IMG/VR virus record: IMGVR_UViG_3300029190_000103
DNA: 64,000 bases
Source: a virus
Direction: 5' to 3' (one strand)
The position numbers were made by a program, and so were the translations under genes. The notes below the pieces were generated by a model. It saw nothing but the letters and a program-made list of their open reading frames with translations. It was not told where the DNA came from and searched no databases. Of this stretch, positions 17,510-27,965 are shown piece after piece; positions within the stretch are counted from its first letter, which is position 1, and every line of letters starts with the position of its first letter.

Positions 17510-18869
17510 GAAGTCCTAACGCATATTGATTGTCAATCGCTTCTTCAAACACTGCCTTACTTTTATCAAATTTGAAATTGATACCTTTGGACTCATCTTC
17601 CATATTTACACCATTACGGTTTTCCTTAACAAATATGTACATGTTTCCGCCAACATCAATTCCTAAATCATCTGCGATCTGTTCTTTTGACTTCTTAACA
17701 AAATAGCAAATGGTTGAGGCATATTGCTTAATCTGATTACTTCCCCAAATTCTTAGTTCGCCTTCAGTTTTTGAGTAGTCTGAGGTCTGAGCCATAGCAA
17801 CTACAGCAAGTTCTAATTCTCCAGCAACTTGATTTTTAAGGAAGTTTGTAAGGTTAGCTAGTTCAGTGTTTTCTTTCTTCTTTTCACTAACATTTTCAAC
17901 CTTCAGATAATCCCACACTACCATTTTCAAGTTAGCTTGTTTCTTTAATCGTTTTATTTCATTGTATACTTCGTTTTGTGACCAACCAGCAGTGTATTGA
18001 TGATAAATCGGACACTCGGATAGCATATCCAATGTTTCGTTGTACTTTTTAACAGCCCATTCATATTTCTTGTAATGACCTTTTTTGATAAAATTAAAGT
18101 TAACATTCATGATTTTAGCAGCTAGTCTTGAAGTGAATGTTTCATCTGTCAACTCGGTATCAACAACTAACATTGGTATTTTGTTTACGACTGAAAGGTT
18201 ATATATCATATCAACAACCCACTGTGATTTACCGAATTTAGCTGGTGCTGAGTAGATTACCAATTCACCAACTTCATATGTAAAGAACTTATCTAGTGTT
18301 TGATATCCTGTTGGGAAACCACTAAATTCTGTAGTTGTATATCTATCAAGTTTCTTGCGTATCTTGTCCATTCTATCGCCAAGTTTTACTATCTTATTTC
18401 CAGCTGTAAAATCACTTCTTACATCCATTAATTGACCTTCTAAGGTGTCATACAGCTCTTTTACGGTCATTTCTTTCTCAGTATCAAGAGTTGTTTGGGC
18501 ATATAGTAAAACATCTCTTAAACGGTCTTTAAAGGCACATTTGATAACGTTATTTACATGAGGTTTCAAGTCATCATATGTGTAATCCTCACCTAATTCT
18601 TGAAGTTTATCTAGGTATTCTATACCGTCATTTTGCTCTAACATTTTATTGTAATCAGCATTTGATGATACAAAGGCAAAGATGTCTGCAATTGATATGC
18701 TTTCGGCTCCACCTTTGTATAAGATGTTAATAACTGTATACAGCATTTTGTCTAACTTGTTACTAAAGTATCCAACTTTTAAATCTTTCAACTCCAACAA
18801 CAAGCTAACATCATTTATCAAAGCACCAATGATGATATCTTCTGAAAGTGATGCTGTATATAAGCGCAT
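17469..18869 (-). CDS. replicative DNA helicase (DnaB-like)
   Basis: N-terminal DnaB-like helical domain, Walker A SAPAKFGKSQWV, RecA-like core; about 466 aa. Confidence 0.7.
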   Translation of the reverse strand: MRLYTASLSEDIIIGALINDVSLLLELKDLKVGYFSNKLDKMLYTVINILYKGGAESISIADIFAFVSSNADYNKMLEQNDGIEYLDKLQELGEDYTYDDLKPHVNNVIKCAFKDRLRDVLLYAQTTLDTEKEMTVKELYDTLEGQLMDVRSDFTAGNKIVKLGDRMDKIRKKLDRYTTTEFSGFPTGYQTLDKFFTYEVGELVIYSAPAKFGKSQWVVDMIYNLSVVNKIPMLVVDTELTDETFTSRLAAKIMNVNFNFIKKGHYKKYEWAVKKYNETLDMLSECPIYHQYTAGWSQNEVYNEIKRLKKQANLKMVVWDYLKVENVSEKKKENTELANLTNFLKNQVAGELELAVVAMAQTSDYSKTEGELRIWGSNQIKQYASTICYFVKKSKEQIADDLGIDVGGNMYIFVKENRNGVNMEDESKGINFKFDKSKAVFEEAIDNQYALGLLEDESYEEDEDDV

Positions 18870-19004
18870 TATTCAAAGTCCTTTACTGTCATTTTCCATG
18901 GACAGTGGAAGAAAACAATATATTTCCCTTTACAACACGTTACATGAAAATCTGTTATAACTCCTTTGTTCTTATTTCTGAATTCTATAAAGTTATCAAT
19001 CTGT

Positions 19005-19640
19005 TTATTGTTTAGTTTCAGTTTGTGGTACATCTAACCCTGTTTCCTCCCGTAATTCCTGATATGCTCTAGCTTGATTATCAATAACATTATCGACCAT
19101 CTTCATGACTTCTAAGAATGTATCTTCAAGGTCTTTTGAGTTATCAATTACATAGTCAAACTTTGACAAATCAGGTGTCGTCGCAATTTGTTCTGATTCA
19201 TGTTTTGCTACATTTCCTTTTAAACCATGTTTGTTTTTATTATCAATATATACGTTAACGATAGTTAGATAATGGTTATATGGTTCAGGTCGCATTTCAT
19301 TTTCAAAACGTGCATCAGTCACAATGAAATATTGGGTATTGCTCATCATAGTTACGATTAAATCCCAAACTACCTGTACAAAGTAATCTTCGTTATTCTG
19401 TCTAATAACATCTCCAACGTTTTGTAGAATTGCTCTGTCTTTGTCCTTATCTCTATATCCATAGTTACGCACACAGATATCTTTTAAAATATCTGCATAC
19501 GCAAGCTGAATGGATGAGCTTTCATATTTACTTTTTAACAGTTGTTGAATCATAACTGCAACAGTATCTTTTCCAGACTGTGCTTTCCCAGTTAATACAA
19601 ATACTACATTTTTAAGCATCAGGGAACCTCTCTGGGTCAT
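19005..19640 (-). CDS. deoxynucleoside monophosphate kinase-like P-loop kinase
   Basis: VFVLTGKAQSGKDT P-loop resembling T4 gp1 dNMP kinase (GVKRSGKDT). Confidence 0.5.
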   Translation of the reverse strand: MTQRGSLMLKNVVFVLTGKAQSGKDTVAVMIQQLLKSKYESSSIQLAYADILKDICVRNYGYRDKDKDRAILQNVGDVIRQNNEDYFVQVVWDLIVTMMSNTQYFIVTDARFENEMRPEPYNHYLTIVNVYIDNKNKHGLKGNVAKHESEQIATTPDLSKFDYVIDNSKDLEDTFLEVMKMVDNVIDNQARAYQELREETGLDVPQTETKQ

Positions 19641-20547
19641 AACCTTCTAGTACGACATAGTCTGATGAATCTGAATGTAAGTAGCAAATAAGCTCTTTAC
19701 CTAATACTTTAGCCTTGCAAGCATTATTTAAATTTTCTCCTCTTATTACTTTCATTACAGTACCTACTTCTACATTAAACAATATATTTTTATCTGAGAA
19801 TCCATGTTTTTTATTAGTAGTCATGATATATTCACCTGTTTTAGCAGTTCTAATAACAGCTCTATAAACAAATTCAACATCTTCTTTGGAAACTGTGACA
19901 TCACCTTTAAATCCTTCTTCAATCTCAATTTCAACAACTACTGTATAATCTTCAACTTCTTTTATATGTCCGTAATATCCACTACAAATATTTACCTTTA
20001 CTCTATCATTAGGTTGTAGAGAAAATTCTTCAATTTGTTCTTCTTCATATTCTTCTTCAACTAGAACTTTTTCATTGTCATTAAGACCTAAGCCAAATAA
20101 TCTAGCAAATGCATAACTTGCACCTGTTTTAAAGTCAAATTCATCTAATAAATTTAATCTTGCAATTGCTTCCTTCGCTACTTCACCATGTTTGATAAGT
20201 TTAGCAATAGTTTTTATTCCATCTGTTGTGATTTCAACTTTTGGAAATTCTTCTTCCCATTCAATATCGCTATATTTGATAAATTCCACATCATCTAGGA
20301 AGGTACATATTTCTAATCTTTCAATATATAACACACCTATTCTAGTTGTTGTCCAATTTCTACCATACATAAGATACTTTAAAACTTCCTTATGCTCAAA
20401 TTTCTCATAATCCAAAATATCTCCACTAGCCCATCTAAACCCATTTTTATCTAATTTTTTAAATATTTTTTCATTTATTTCATCATTTTCCATTTCTAAT
20501 ACTATTTTTCTTTTTTTAAAAGCTTCTACAAATTCCTTTTCTGTCAC
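19612..20547 (-). CDS. hypothetical protein (311 aa)
   Basis: ORF. Confidence 0.4.
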   Translation of the reverse strand: MTEKEFVEAFKKRKIVLEMENDEINEKIFKKLDKNGFRWASGDILDYEKFEHKEVLKYLMYGRNWTTTRIGVLYIERLEICTFLDDVEFIKYSDIEWEEEFPKVEITTDGIKTIAKLIKHGEVAKEAIARLNLLDEFDFKTGASYAFARLFGLGLNDNEKVLVEEEYEEEQIEEFSLQPNDRVKVNICSGYYGHIKEVEDYTVVVEIEIEEGFKGDVTVSKEDVEFVYRAVIRTAKTGEYIMTTNKKHGFSDKNILFNVEVGTVMKVIRGENLNNACKAKVLGKELICYLHSDSSDYVVLEGYDPERFPDA

Positions 20548-21012
20548 TTATTTTCCTTTCCGTATATATACTTCATGCCATTGCACACCATACTGTTCAC
20601 TTTCAGCTTCTGAACCATAGAACAAGTCAATGATGTTTCCTTTAATCGCTCCGCCTGTATCTTCTGCAATGTATACTTGTCCATCAAATTTAACCTCAGA
20701 ACCAAGCGGAATGATATTTGGATCTACAGCAATCGTTCTTCCTTTTTGTGGTACTGTTCCACTGAACGTTAGACCACCACAGCCAACACAATCTGAACCA
20801 TAAGCAGTAATCTTGAATGTTCCTAAATTTACCCATTCTTCTACCTTTTTCTTAGGCTTTACTTGCTTTTTAGTTTCTTTTTTAATTGGCTGTTTTATGA
20901 TTTTCATTACTTTACTACGAAAATCATCCTTTTCCTTTGCAATAAATGGTTTCTTTTCAATCGCCTTTGTGAATTTTCTTTTATCAGGCATAATACTCAT
21001 AGAAAACATCAT
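20548..21012 (-). CDS. 3D-domain (MltA/YuiC-like double-psi beta-barrel) protein, possible peptidoglycan-active enzyme
   Basis: ITAYGSDCVGCGG...IAVDPNIIPLGSEV...AEDTGGAIKGNIIDLF 3D-domain signature; basic N-terminal region. Confidence 0.65.
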   Translation of the reverse strand: MMFSMSIMPDKRKFTKAIEKKPFIAKEKDDFRSKVMKIIKQPIKKETKKQVKPKKKVEEWVNLGTFKITAYGSDCVGCGGLTFSGTVPQKGRTIAVDPNIIPLGSEVKFDGQVYIAEDTGGAIKGNIIDLFYGSEAESEQYGVQWHEVYIRKGK

Positions 21013-21201
21013 GCAAACCGCTAATATAATTTTCGTTAATTTGATACAATCACCTCAATCTGTAATATTCACATGTTTTTACAGGAACACATTTCCCGTC
21101 AATATACATGTTTTCAATAATCTTGTATCTATATGCAAACTGTAACCAGTGCTTATTTCCATCAATCATGATTGGTTTCCATAAGAACACTTTACTTTTT
21201 T

Positions 21202-21699
21202 CTACCATTCGTCATCTTCCTCTAGCATCTTTGAAAGGTCTACTTGCTTATTGCCATGAAATGTTTCTTTATGTTCAAGTTCAAATGCAAGTTTATTTTC
21301 TTTTTCTTCTCTCTGTTTCTTGCGTTCAATGATATCCTGAATACGATTTTCGACTGAACCAAAGCCCCAGAAACCACCTTGTGTATCAATACATTCATTA
21401 AGTGCATAAATCATGTCACTGTATGAATATCCTTGTTCCTTAAGTTTCTTGATACGAGGTGTAAGTGCTTTAAAGTTCAATCTAACATTAGGATTTTCCT
21501 GATAGAAACCTTTTGGACATTCATTGCGATATTTGACAATGAGGTCTGTTAGTTTTTTGTAATCTTCCTTATCTTGTTCAGATAATGTTCTATCGACTTT
21601 GCTTTTAGGACACTTTTTGTGACATAAGTTGCCATCGACTAGCAATACATTCTTGCTAGTCCTGACAACTTTTCTACCACATAATGGACAAATATCCAT
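21202..21699 (-). CDS. zinc-finger hypothetical protein
   Basis: N-terminal CPLCGRK...CHKKC. Confidence 0.4.
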   Translation of the reverse strand: MDICPLCGRKVVRTSKNVLLVDGNLCHKKCPKSKVDRTLSEQDKEDYKKLTDLIVKYRNECPKGFYQENPNVRLNFKALTPRIKKLKEQGYSYSDMIYALNECIDTQGGFWGFGSVENRIQDIIERKKQREEKENKLAFELEHKETFHGNKQVDLSKMLEEDDEW

Positions 21700-21700
21700 C

Positions 21701-22483
21701 CTAACCTCTTTCGCACAGAGGTAAATATCCGTGTTCTTTTAACAAGTTGTAAATGAACATTCTACCTTTCTGAGTCCACTTAGTAGTTGTGAATGCGTGT
21801 GATACACCACGTCTATCTTCTCTGTATGATGTATCTGATTCTGTATATCCTAAATCAGAATACTGAGAATATAATAACCATTGTTTGTTGACCTTATACT
21901 GAACACCTAAATCATGCAATAAATTGTTAAAGAACATAGCGGAATATCCATAATCTTTCGCAATCTGTGAGGCTGTTAAACAGTCCTTAGTTTGAAGAAT
22001 GATTTCACAGTATTCAGCTTTTGGTTGTAATTCTTCAATTTTTTCATCTTTTGCTTTATTCTCAATTTTTAACTGTTCATTCAGTTCAACTTCATCTGCC
22101 AGTTTTCTAAGTGCATCAGGTAATGTTCTTGGTAATTCAAACATTTCTTTTACTTTGAAATATGTATCTTCTAAATTATCAAATTGTTCCCATGCTTTAT
22201 CAGTGTCCAAAATTTTGCAATGACGATCAGCACCTTTTTCAGTCCAAAGATATAGGATAGATGCAAATTTAATTGAAGGGTCGTTACTATTAGTTACCAT
22301 CCTCTTAAATTCCTTTAAATCATCGCCTTTTAACACATAATAATGTTTCCCAGCAACAAAGCGTTCTTTATTTCTGTTGAAATTAGTTTTAATATTTGTT
22401 TCTGATGTTTCATAAACCTCAGCTAATTGCTGGGTTGTCAATACTCTTTGATTAGAGTATTCAATTACCTGTAATTCTTGCAC
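21701..22483 (-). CDS. phage antirepressor (ORF6N/KilA-N-like N-terminus plus ANT/KilAC-like C-terminus)
   Basis: N-terminal QVIEYSNQRVLTTQQLAEVYE; C-terminal ASQIAKDYGYSAMFFNNLLHDLG. Confidence 0.55.
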   Translation of the reverse strand: MQELQVIEYSNQRVLTTQQLAEVYETSETNIKTNFNRNKERFVAGKHYYVLKGDDLKEFKRMVTNSNDPSIKFASILYLWTEKGADRHCKILDTDKAWEQFDNLEDTYFKVKEMFELPRTLPDALRKLADEVELNEQLKIENKAKDEKIEELQPKAEYCEIILQTKDCLTASQIAKDYGYSAMFFNNLLHDLGVQYKVNKQWLLYSQYSDLGYTESDTSYREDRRGVSHAFTTTKWTQKGRMFIYNLLKEHGYLPLCERG

Positions 22484-22671
22484 TACTTAACTCCTTTTAA
22501 CACATTTACCGTTTTCATACTAAATGCTGAATCTAGCCATTCTTCATTTGTCTTTACATCTAAATTCCCTATTTGACAAAATTTGGCTAATTTATCAAAG
22601 CCTCTATCAAATGACTCCATCTGGCTGTTTGTCATATGATATTTGAATTTGCCTTTGTATCTTTTATGCAT
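22483..22671 (-). CDS. hypothetical protein (62 aa)
   Basis: ORF. Confidence 0.35.
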   Translation of the reverse strand: MHKRYKGKFKYHMTNSQMESFDRGFDKLAKFCQIGNLDVKTNEEWLDSAFSMKTVNVLKGVK

Positions 22672-23009
22672 TATGCCTCTCCTTTATATTCAATGAATTG
22701 TGCGAATAATTTATCATTTAAATCTTCTAATGATTTAATACCGCAATAATCTATACCATTATCACCTGTTATAGTACCGTTTTTCACTTTATACACTTTT
22801 CCAAGCGTAAATGATTCATCACTTTTTTTAACACATACAACTTTGTAATCTATACTCTCAATAGATTTTAGATATTTATAAAGAGCATGGTCTATTCCAA
22901 TTGATATATCTCCAATATTTTTGTCTGTATTGATAGCTATTGTTCCAGTACTAAGTTCTGAATGTATATCATTACTTAATATAAATTTTAATTCTAATGT
23001 TGTTTTCAT
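22671..23009 (-). CDS. hypothetical protein (112 aa)
   Basis: ORF. Confidence 0.4.
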   Translation of the reverse strand: MKTTLELKFILSNDIHSELSTGTIAINTDKNIGDISIGIDHALYKYLKSIESIDYKVVCVKKSDESFTLGKVYKVKNGTITGDNGIDYCGIKSLEDLNDKLFAQFIEYKGEA

Positions 23010-23035
23010 TCCTTTACCTTTCCTTTATATATAAA

Positions 23036-23054
23036 GGGTAGAACTTGTCTACCC
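23036..23054 (-). terminator. candidate intrinsic terminator downstream of the Sak4-like gene
   Basis: Hairpin GGGTAGA-ACTTG-TCTACCC; on the minus strand it is followed by UUUAUAUAU. Confidence 0.4.
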
Positions 23055-23068
23055 TATTGATCATCTTC

Positions 23069-24196
23069 CTACGCCTTATATTTTTCAATAAAGCCCATCA
23101 ATGCTTCTGCATTGGTTGTATCTTTAATTTTTTCACTGCCTAGGAATTCTTTAACCTTAGCTTTAGCAACATCTAATCCTTCTGCGGACTTAATTGCCAT
23201 TCTTACAGCTTTAGCTTCTTCACGTAATGTTTCGATATCAGGCATTGGTTTAACATCTTCTTCTGATGATGTTACTTCTTCTTCAATTTCATCCTCATTT
23301 TCCACTTCTGTACCAATTTCTTCGCCTTCATCTTCATCTTCGTCATCTTCTAAACCAACTTTAACTGGTTCTTTGACTGGAAGTTTATTGTTATCAGCAT
23401 TTGGGTTGCTTACATCTCCACCATCATCCTGAATTTTCTGAGTTACACGTACACCTTCATTAAATGCTTCAAGGAATTTATCAACCCCTTCTTCAACATC
23501 ATCAAAGTCAATGTACTCAGGCAATCCATATAATGGAACTTTAAGTTTTAACATAGGATGACCATGCAACCATAAACGTCTGAATTCGTGTTTTTTACCA
23601 TCTTCATCTGTTTCATTAACAACTTCCATATACATAATGAAGTCGCAATCACCCTGAACTAAGTGTTTAATCTGATTGATTGTATCAGGAACAACCTGAT
23701 CATACTCATTACCTGTTGCTGTTGTAATCTTTCTTTGTTTATCATGCGATACAAAGTTGACAATCAACCCCATATTGCGTAAATCACGAATTTCATCTGT
23801 GAATCCTTGTCCAATGACGTTATACTGGTCACCTTTCAATTCATCCCATCCATTTTCATCCATGATATATTTTTTACACATTTTAGCAGCTTCACCAACT
23901 GTATCAATGATAGTACTATCAAATGGTAATGCTTTGCCTTCTTTAATTTGCTTTTTGGTCTGTTTTTTGAACTGAAGGAATTCTTTCCAATTCTTGAATT
24001 GAATTACCTTTAACCCAACTACCGACTTAAATCTATCCTCAAAACCACATGTAAATGTTCTTCCTTGACGTTTCATTAAAGAATTCATAAATGTAGTTTT
24101 TCCAGATCCATCAGTACCAACTAAATTAATACTATAATGGTTGATATTTCCATCAATCGGCTGAACAGCCAATTCCCATAAATTAAAGTTAGACAC
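23069..24196 (-). CDS. RecA-like/AAA ATPase (Sak4-like recombination ATPase) with acidic C-terminal tail
   Basis: Walker A VGTDGSGKTTF; long Asp/Glu-rich C-terminus. Confidence 0.5.
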   Translation of the reverse strand: MSNFNLWELAVQPIDGNINHYSINLVGTDGSGKTTFMNSLMKRQGRTFTCGFEDRFKSVVGLKVIQFKNWKEFLQFKKQTKKQIKEGKALPFDSTIIDTVGEAAKMCKKYIMDENGWDELKGDQYNVIGQGFTDEIRDLRNMGLIVNFVSHDKQRKITTATGNEYDQVVPDTINQIKHLVQGDCDFIMYMEVVNETDEDGKKHEFRRLWLHGHPMLKLKVPLYGLPEYIDFDDVEEGVDKFLEAFNEGVRVTQKIQDDGGDVSNPNADNNKLPVKEPVKVGLEDDEDEDEGEEIGTEVENEDEIEEEVTSSEEDVKPMPDIETLREEAKAVRMAIKSAEGLDVAKAKVKEFLGSEKIKDTTNAEALMGFIEKYKA

Positions 24197-24199
24197 TTA

Positions 24200-24988
24200 T
24201 TATTCGTCATCCTCGTTACTAGCGAAATCTTTTACAATAAGGTTTTTATCTCCTTGTTTAAGCTTTTTCGCTTCCTTATATAATTGCTGGTCGCATTTTT
24301 CAACATCATCTTGTGATTTTCTAATTGTACCGCTATGTACTTGATATTCACGTACACCGTCATTCATATAGTCGCCATATTTGTCTTTCTTACCAAGACT
24401 ACTAATGATATCTCCTTTAACTTCGATGTAATCACCTTTATTGACATCTTCAAACTTTTCCAACATTTTCTCGCCACGAACATATACTGTTTTATATTGA
24501 ACGCCCGAAACTTCTTCTTGGCTGTTTCTATAGCTGTAAAATCCAATCTTGATTTTGATGAATTCTACTTCATCTTCATCATCTTCAACTTTATTTACAG
24601 CATCAACAAACCCTGTAATATTGAATGTCGCATAATCATCTTCATCTTCTGATGTATACAAGCCGTTAACCGTATGATTTTCATATAATTCGCCTTTGTC
24701 ATTTACGAATTCATCACAATTACCATAAATGAATACTTTTACATTTCTTGATTTGTTGTTGTTGTTCTTATCCAAGAAAAAACTTTCTAATGCTCCAAGC
24801 GTTGTATCTTCCTTATTAATTTGTAAGTTTTTGCGATCGTACAGAACACCTCTTATATAGCTTTCTGTATCGTTGTCTTTTACTCTGAAAGCCATATCTG
24901 CTTTCTTCTTTTTCGTTTGCTTCGTTTCTCCAATTTTGAAATTTGTTACGATTCCTTTGATTGTAATTCTGTTTTCAGTTTTTAACAC
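24200..24988 (-). CDS. possible single-strand DNA-binding protein
   Basis: Sits beside the Sak4-like ATPase; acidic C-terminal end NEDDE; no firm OB-fold motif. Confidence 0.3.
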   Translation of the reverse strand: MLKTENRITIKGIVTNFKIGETKQTKKKKADMAFRVKDNDTESYIRGVLYDRKNLQINKEDTTLGALESFFLDKNNNNKSRNVKVFIYGNCDEFVNDKGELYENHTVNGLYTSEDEDDYATFNITGFVDAVNKVEDDEDEVEFIKIKIGFYSYRNSQEEVSGVQYKTVYVRGEKMLEKFEDVNKGDYIEVKGDIISSLGKKDKYGDYMNDGVREYQVHSGTIRKSQDDVEKCDQQLYKEAKKLKQGDKNLIVKDFASNEDDE

Positions 24989-24993
24989 TAATT

Positions 24994-25272
24994 TTACCTT
25001 TCCGTTACCTGAATCTTGTTTAATGTTGTCTTAAATTCCTCAAAGTCTTGCGCAAGTTGCTCCATTACCTTTAAATCTTCTTCACTGTTCTTATCCACTT
25101 TGTCGGATATATCTGTCGCAACTCTAGCAAGCTTTAGTGCCAATTGCTGGCTTAATTCGCCTGTTTCATACATCACCTCCAATACAGTTAATTCATCTTC
25201 GATAATTCTTTTGACGTTATCACTACACATGTTACTTTCTCCTTCTTGTTTAGTTGTATAAAGTTCGAGCAT
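24994..25272 (-). CDS. hypothetical acidic protein (92 aa)
   Basis: ORF; its first codons (MLELYTTKQ) lie in a roughly 30 nt sequence repeated at 26144-26175. Confidence 0.4.
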   Translation of the reverse strand: MLELYTTKQEGESNMCSDNVKRIIEDELTVLEVMYETGELSQQLALKLARVATDISDKVDKNSEEDLKVMEQLAQDFEEFKTTLNKIQVTER

Positions 25273-25288
25273 TATAAATCATAAGGTG

Positions 25289-26107
25289 TTAGTCACACCT
25301 TTGCTTTATATACTCATTTAAAGATATTAAATTATAATAACTCCCACCAATATTCCTATAAACATTGTTTGGCGTATCATATTTAAGTAACTCTGCCTTC
25401 TTTGAGTTTCTAATATCTTCAAGTGTGAACATCGTAAGGCATTTACTTTGAAGTTCTTTTTTCAGAGTTGTTATGATGCTCACTGGACTTAATTTTGTTG
25501 ACACTCTACTTTGGAAAAAGTATCCTTCACGTTCTCTTTTTTCTTTTCCTCGTATTTCTCTACGTTTATTCCAAGTTTTTATTTTATTACATAATTCAAT
25601 ATCATAATTTTTCATATATTTATATAGATCATAGGACATTGTCTTTCCCAAACACTTTTTGTTTAAAAAATCAATGTCATCAGTTTTTAAATTTAATACA
25701 TCATCTACTTTAAATAAATATTCATATACAAGCAGAATATAACATGCAATTGAAACATCAACTTCTGAAGCTATATCCAATATTTCATTCTTTGAAAGTA
25801 TTGTAAATTCATCTTTTCCTTGATCGAGTCGAACTTCTTTTAATGTGTATTTTAGAGTTCCAAGCCCTTTTTCCTCTAAATACATCTTGAATTTCTCTAA
25901 AGAGTATTGTTTCAAATATAGAGTTGCTGAACTATCTTCATTTTTACTTTCTTGTAAGAATATTTCGCAATCACTTTTACTAGGTACTATGAAATCTTCA
26001 CTTGTAATTAACTTTGATATGTTGAATTTATAATTTTTTGCTGTTCTCTCAGAGTTAGTTATGCACACATAATTATAAAAGTCATTCAAAACTTCTTTGG
26101 TTTTCAT
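25289..26107 (-). CDS. hypothetical protein (272 aa)
   Basis: ORF with RBS GGAGG. Confidence 0.45.
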   Translation of the reverse strand: MKTKEVLNDFYNYVCITNSERTAKNYKFNISKLITSEDFIVPSKSDCEIFLQESKNEDSSATLYLKQYSLEKFKMYLEEKGLGTLKYTLKEVRLDQGKDEFTILSKNEILDIASEVDVSIACYILLVYEYLFKVDDVLNLKTDDIDFLNKKCLGKTMSYDLYKYMKNYDIELCNKIKTWNKRREIRGKEKREREGYFFQSRVSTKLSPVSIITTLKKELQSKCLTMFTLEDIRNSKKAELLKYDTPNNVYRNIGGSYYNLISLNEYIKQRCD

Positions 26108-26179
26108 TTTAGTTCCTCCATATTTGTAAAATTAATAGCTGTTTAGTTGTATAAACTTCGAGCATTAATTTATGACTGA

Positions 26180-26208
26180 ATTATATATCTTAAATCTATA
26201 GAAGTCAA
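26180..26208 (-). promoter_or_regulatory. sigma-70-like promoter (minus strand) driving 25289-26107
   Basis: Minus strand reads TTGACT, 17 nt spacer, TATAAT; -35 at 26208..26203, -10 at 26185..26180. Confidence 0.6.
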
Positions 26209-26242
26209 CGCTTTTAAGGGATATTTTTCCATTTTTTGGAAA

Positions 26243-26626
26243 TTATGCGAAATCTTCTAGTGTTTTCTCGTATTTAGGCTTATAATCGTAATCTTTATAG
26301 CTACAAAGTTTAGGATCAGTAATTCTACTTATCGTCTTTTCGTTGTAGTTTGTATTTAAAGCGTCAATAAATTTTTGAAGATATGAAACTTTAGCCTTGT
26401 AAAATCTACGCTCATCTCTAATTTTTTTTAAATCCCATGCAATCGGTATTAATTCCTTTGCTGTAGAAACTTTTTCCATTTCATGAAGTAACTTCTGTTG
26501 TTCAATATTACATTGTCCAACAGCCTTGTATGCCTCATTATATTCATCTTTCGCATCCTTAATCATTAACCCGATCGTCTTTGGATAATTGTTAAATGTA
26601 AATCTACCGCATTTCTCCTGTATCAT
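26243..26626 (-). CDS. hypothetical protein (127 aa)
   Basis: ORF. Confidence 0.4.
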   Translation of the reverse strand: MIQEKCGRFTFNNYPKTIGLMIKDAKDEYNEAYKAVGQCNIEQQKLLHEMEKVSTAKELIPIAWDLKKIRDERRFYKAKVSYLQKFIDALNTNYNEKTISRITDPKLCSYKDYDYKPKYEKTLEDFA

Positions 26627-26749
26627 TGTTGTTCTCCTGTTCTTCCATTCTGCTTATTCGTGATGATAGAATAACGCCAGCACATATTCCAACCATTCCT
26701 AATACCACTAAGCATGAAATTGCGAAAGCTACTATAACTATAAACAATT

Positions 26750-27001
26750 TCATTTGCACTCATTCTCCATAAAATATTTTTCAAAGCATTCTTCACATTT
26801 GTGATTGCAGTTATCACAATCACAATTAGGAGGACACCCATTTTCATATCTTGCTAATCTTGCAAACATTTTCTTATATTTCTCATGTGCAGCACGTTGT
26901 TCTTCGTACATTTCATGTTTGACCTTATTTACACGTTTTAATTCCTGTATCTCTGCTAATAATCGTTCACGATCTTCAAGTATTTCAGTAATTCCACTCA
27001 T
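26750..27001 (-). CDS. Cys-rich small protein
   Basis: C-terminal CPPNCDCDNCNHKCEEC cluster after a coiled-coil segment. Confidence 0.4.
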   Translation of the reverse strand: MSGITEILEDRERLLAEIQELKRVNKVKHEMYEEQRAAHEKYKKMFARLARYENGCPPNCDCDNCNHKCEECFEKYFMENECK

Positions 27002-27164
27002 TTAACCACCTCGCTAATCTTAAGTTATCTTTTGCATAATTTACAGCACAATGTTCAAATTGTACAACAATAGTTTCTTGCATAATTTGTACAACCTTAC
27101 CAATATCATCTTGCTCTGAATATCTCGCAATCGGCGTAACTATATCTCCAACCTTAAAGCTCAT

Positions 27165-27641
27165 TTATTCTTCTCCTATATTCTTCTTTATCATATCTAA
27201 AATTCTTTTCGCACTTTCTACTTCTAAGTAGATATCAGAATGCCCATAGTTTATTGCATTTTTTATTTGAAACTCTAATTCTCTCAGACTACCTTTTGCA
27301 GACTGTTCATCTACATCATCTGGTAGTATGTTATTATCGCTCCAATCTATGACTTGACCACAATTAGGACAACACTTGTAGTCATCATAATCAATTTCAT
27401 ATGTTTTACCACAGTTTGGACAATCATACATATCGTATATCAAATTACCTTCATCATCATAGCCATCGCCCCAAATAGCTGGCTTAATGGGTGTTGCTCT
27501 ATCTACCAATTCTTGTAAAACATCTATGTGCCATCTAGTTTCACAATTACACATATACTCGATATCACATTCCCTGCAACAATTTCCACTTTTGCATGTG
27601 TCTTTAACAAAATTATCCAATGCTAATTGATATTTGCTCAT
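27165..27641 (-). CDS. zinc-ribbon-rich hypothetical protein
   Basis: Several CxxC pairs (CCRECD, CPNCGK, CCPNCGQ). Confidence 0.4.
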   Translation of the reverse strand: MSKYQLALDNFVKDTCKSGNCCRECDIEYMCNCETRWHIDVLQELVDRATPIKPAIWGDGYDDEGNLIYDMYDCPNCGKTYEIDYDDYKCCPNCGQVIDWSDNNILPDDVDEQSAKGSLRELEFQIKNAINYGHSDIYLEVESAKRILDMIKKNIGEE

Positions 27642-27646
27642 ATGTG

Positions 27647-27949
27647 TTACTCCTTAGGTAATTCAGCACGAACACCGTCTTTGCTTTCATGGATAATAAA
27701 TTTTCCATCTCCAGTAAATTGGATACCTGATTTATCTTGTTGTACTATGTACACCTCAGGTTTTTCATCTGCATGCATTGGTCTATATGTACACCAAATC
27801 ATTTCATCATCTTGAATGTTGTAATTAATAAATTTATATCCATCTGGAATATTAATATCTTTTGTTCCACCATATTGTGTTACATTACCATTGCTTCCAC
27901 ATCCACACAAAAGTGTAGCTAATACACCAATCATTAATACTTTTTTCAT
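27647..27949 (-). CDS. predicted small lipoprotein (100 aa)
   Basis: N-terminal MKKVLMIGVLATLLCGCGSNG: signal peptide with a lipobox-like LLCGC. Confidence 0.5.
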   Translation of the reverse strand: MKKVLMIGVLATLLCGCGSNGNVTQYGGTKDINIPDGYKFINYNIQDDEMIWCTYRPMHADEKPEVYIVQQDKSGIQFTGDGKFIIHESKDGVRAELPKE

Positions 27950-27965
27950 TGCTTCTCACTCCTCC

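Noticed and set aside
18886-18912. Hairpin ACTGTC-CATTTTCCATGG-GACAGT upstream of the DnaB-like gene as a terminator
   Set aside because: Not followed by a U-run in either orientation. It may be an operator or RNA processing element, but evidence is insufficient.
26623-26847. 74 aa minus-strand ORF overlapping the Cys-rich gene 26750-27001
   Set aside because: It overlaps a better-supported gene in another frame. Only its distal part could be an independent small ORF. Not called.
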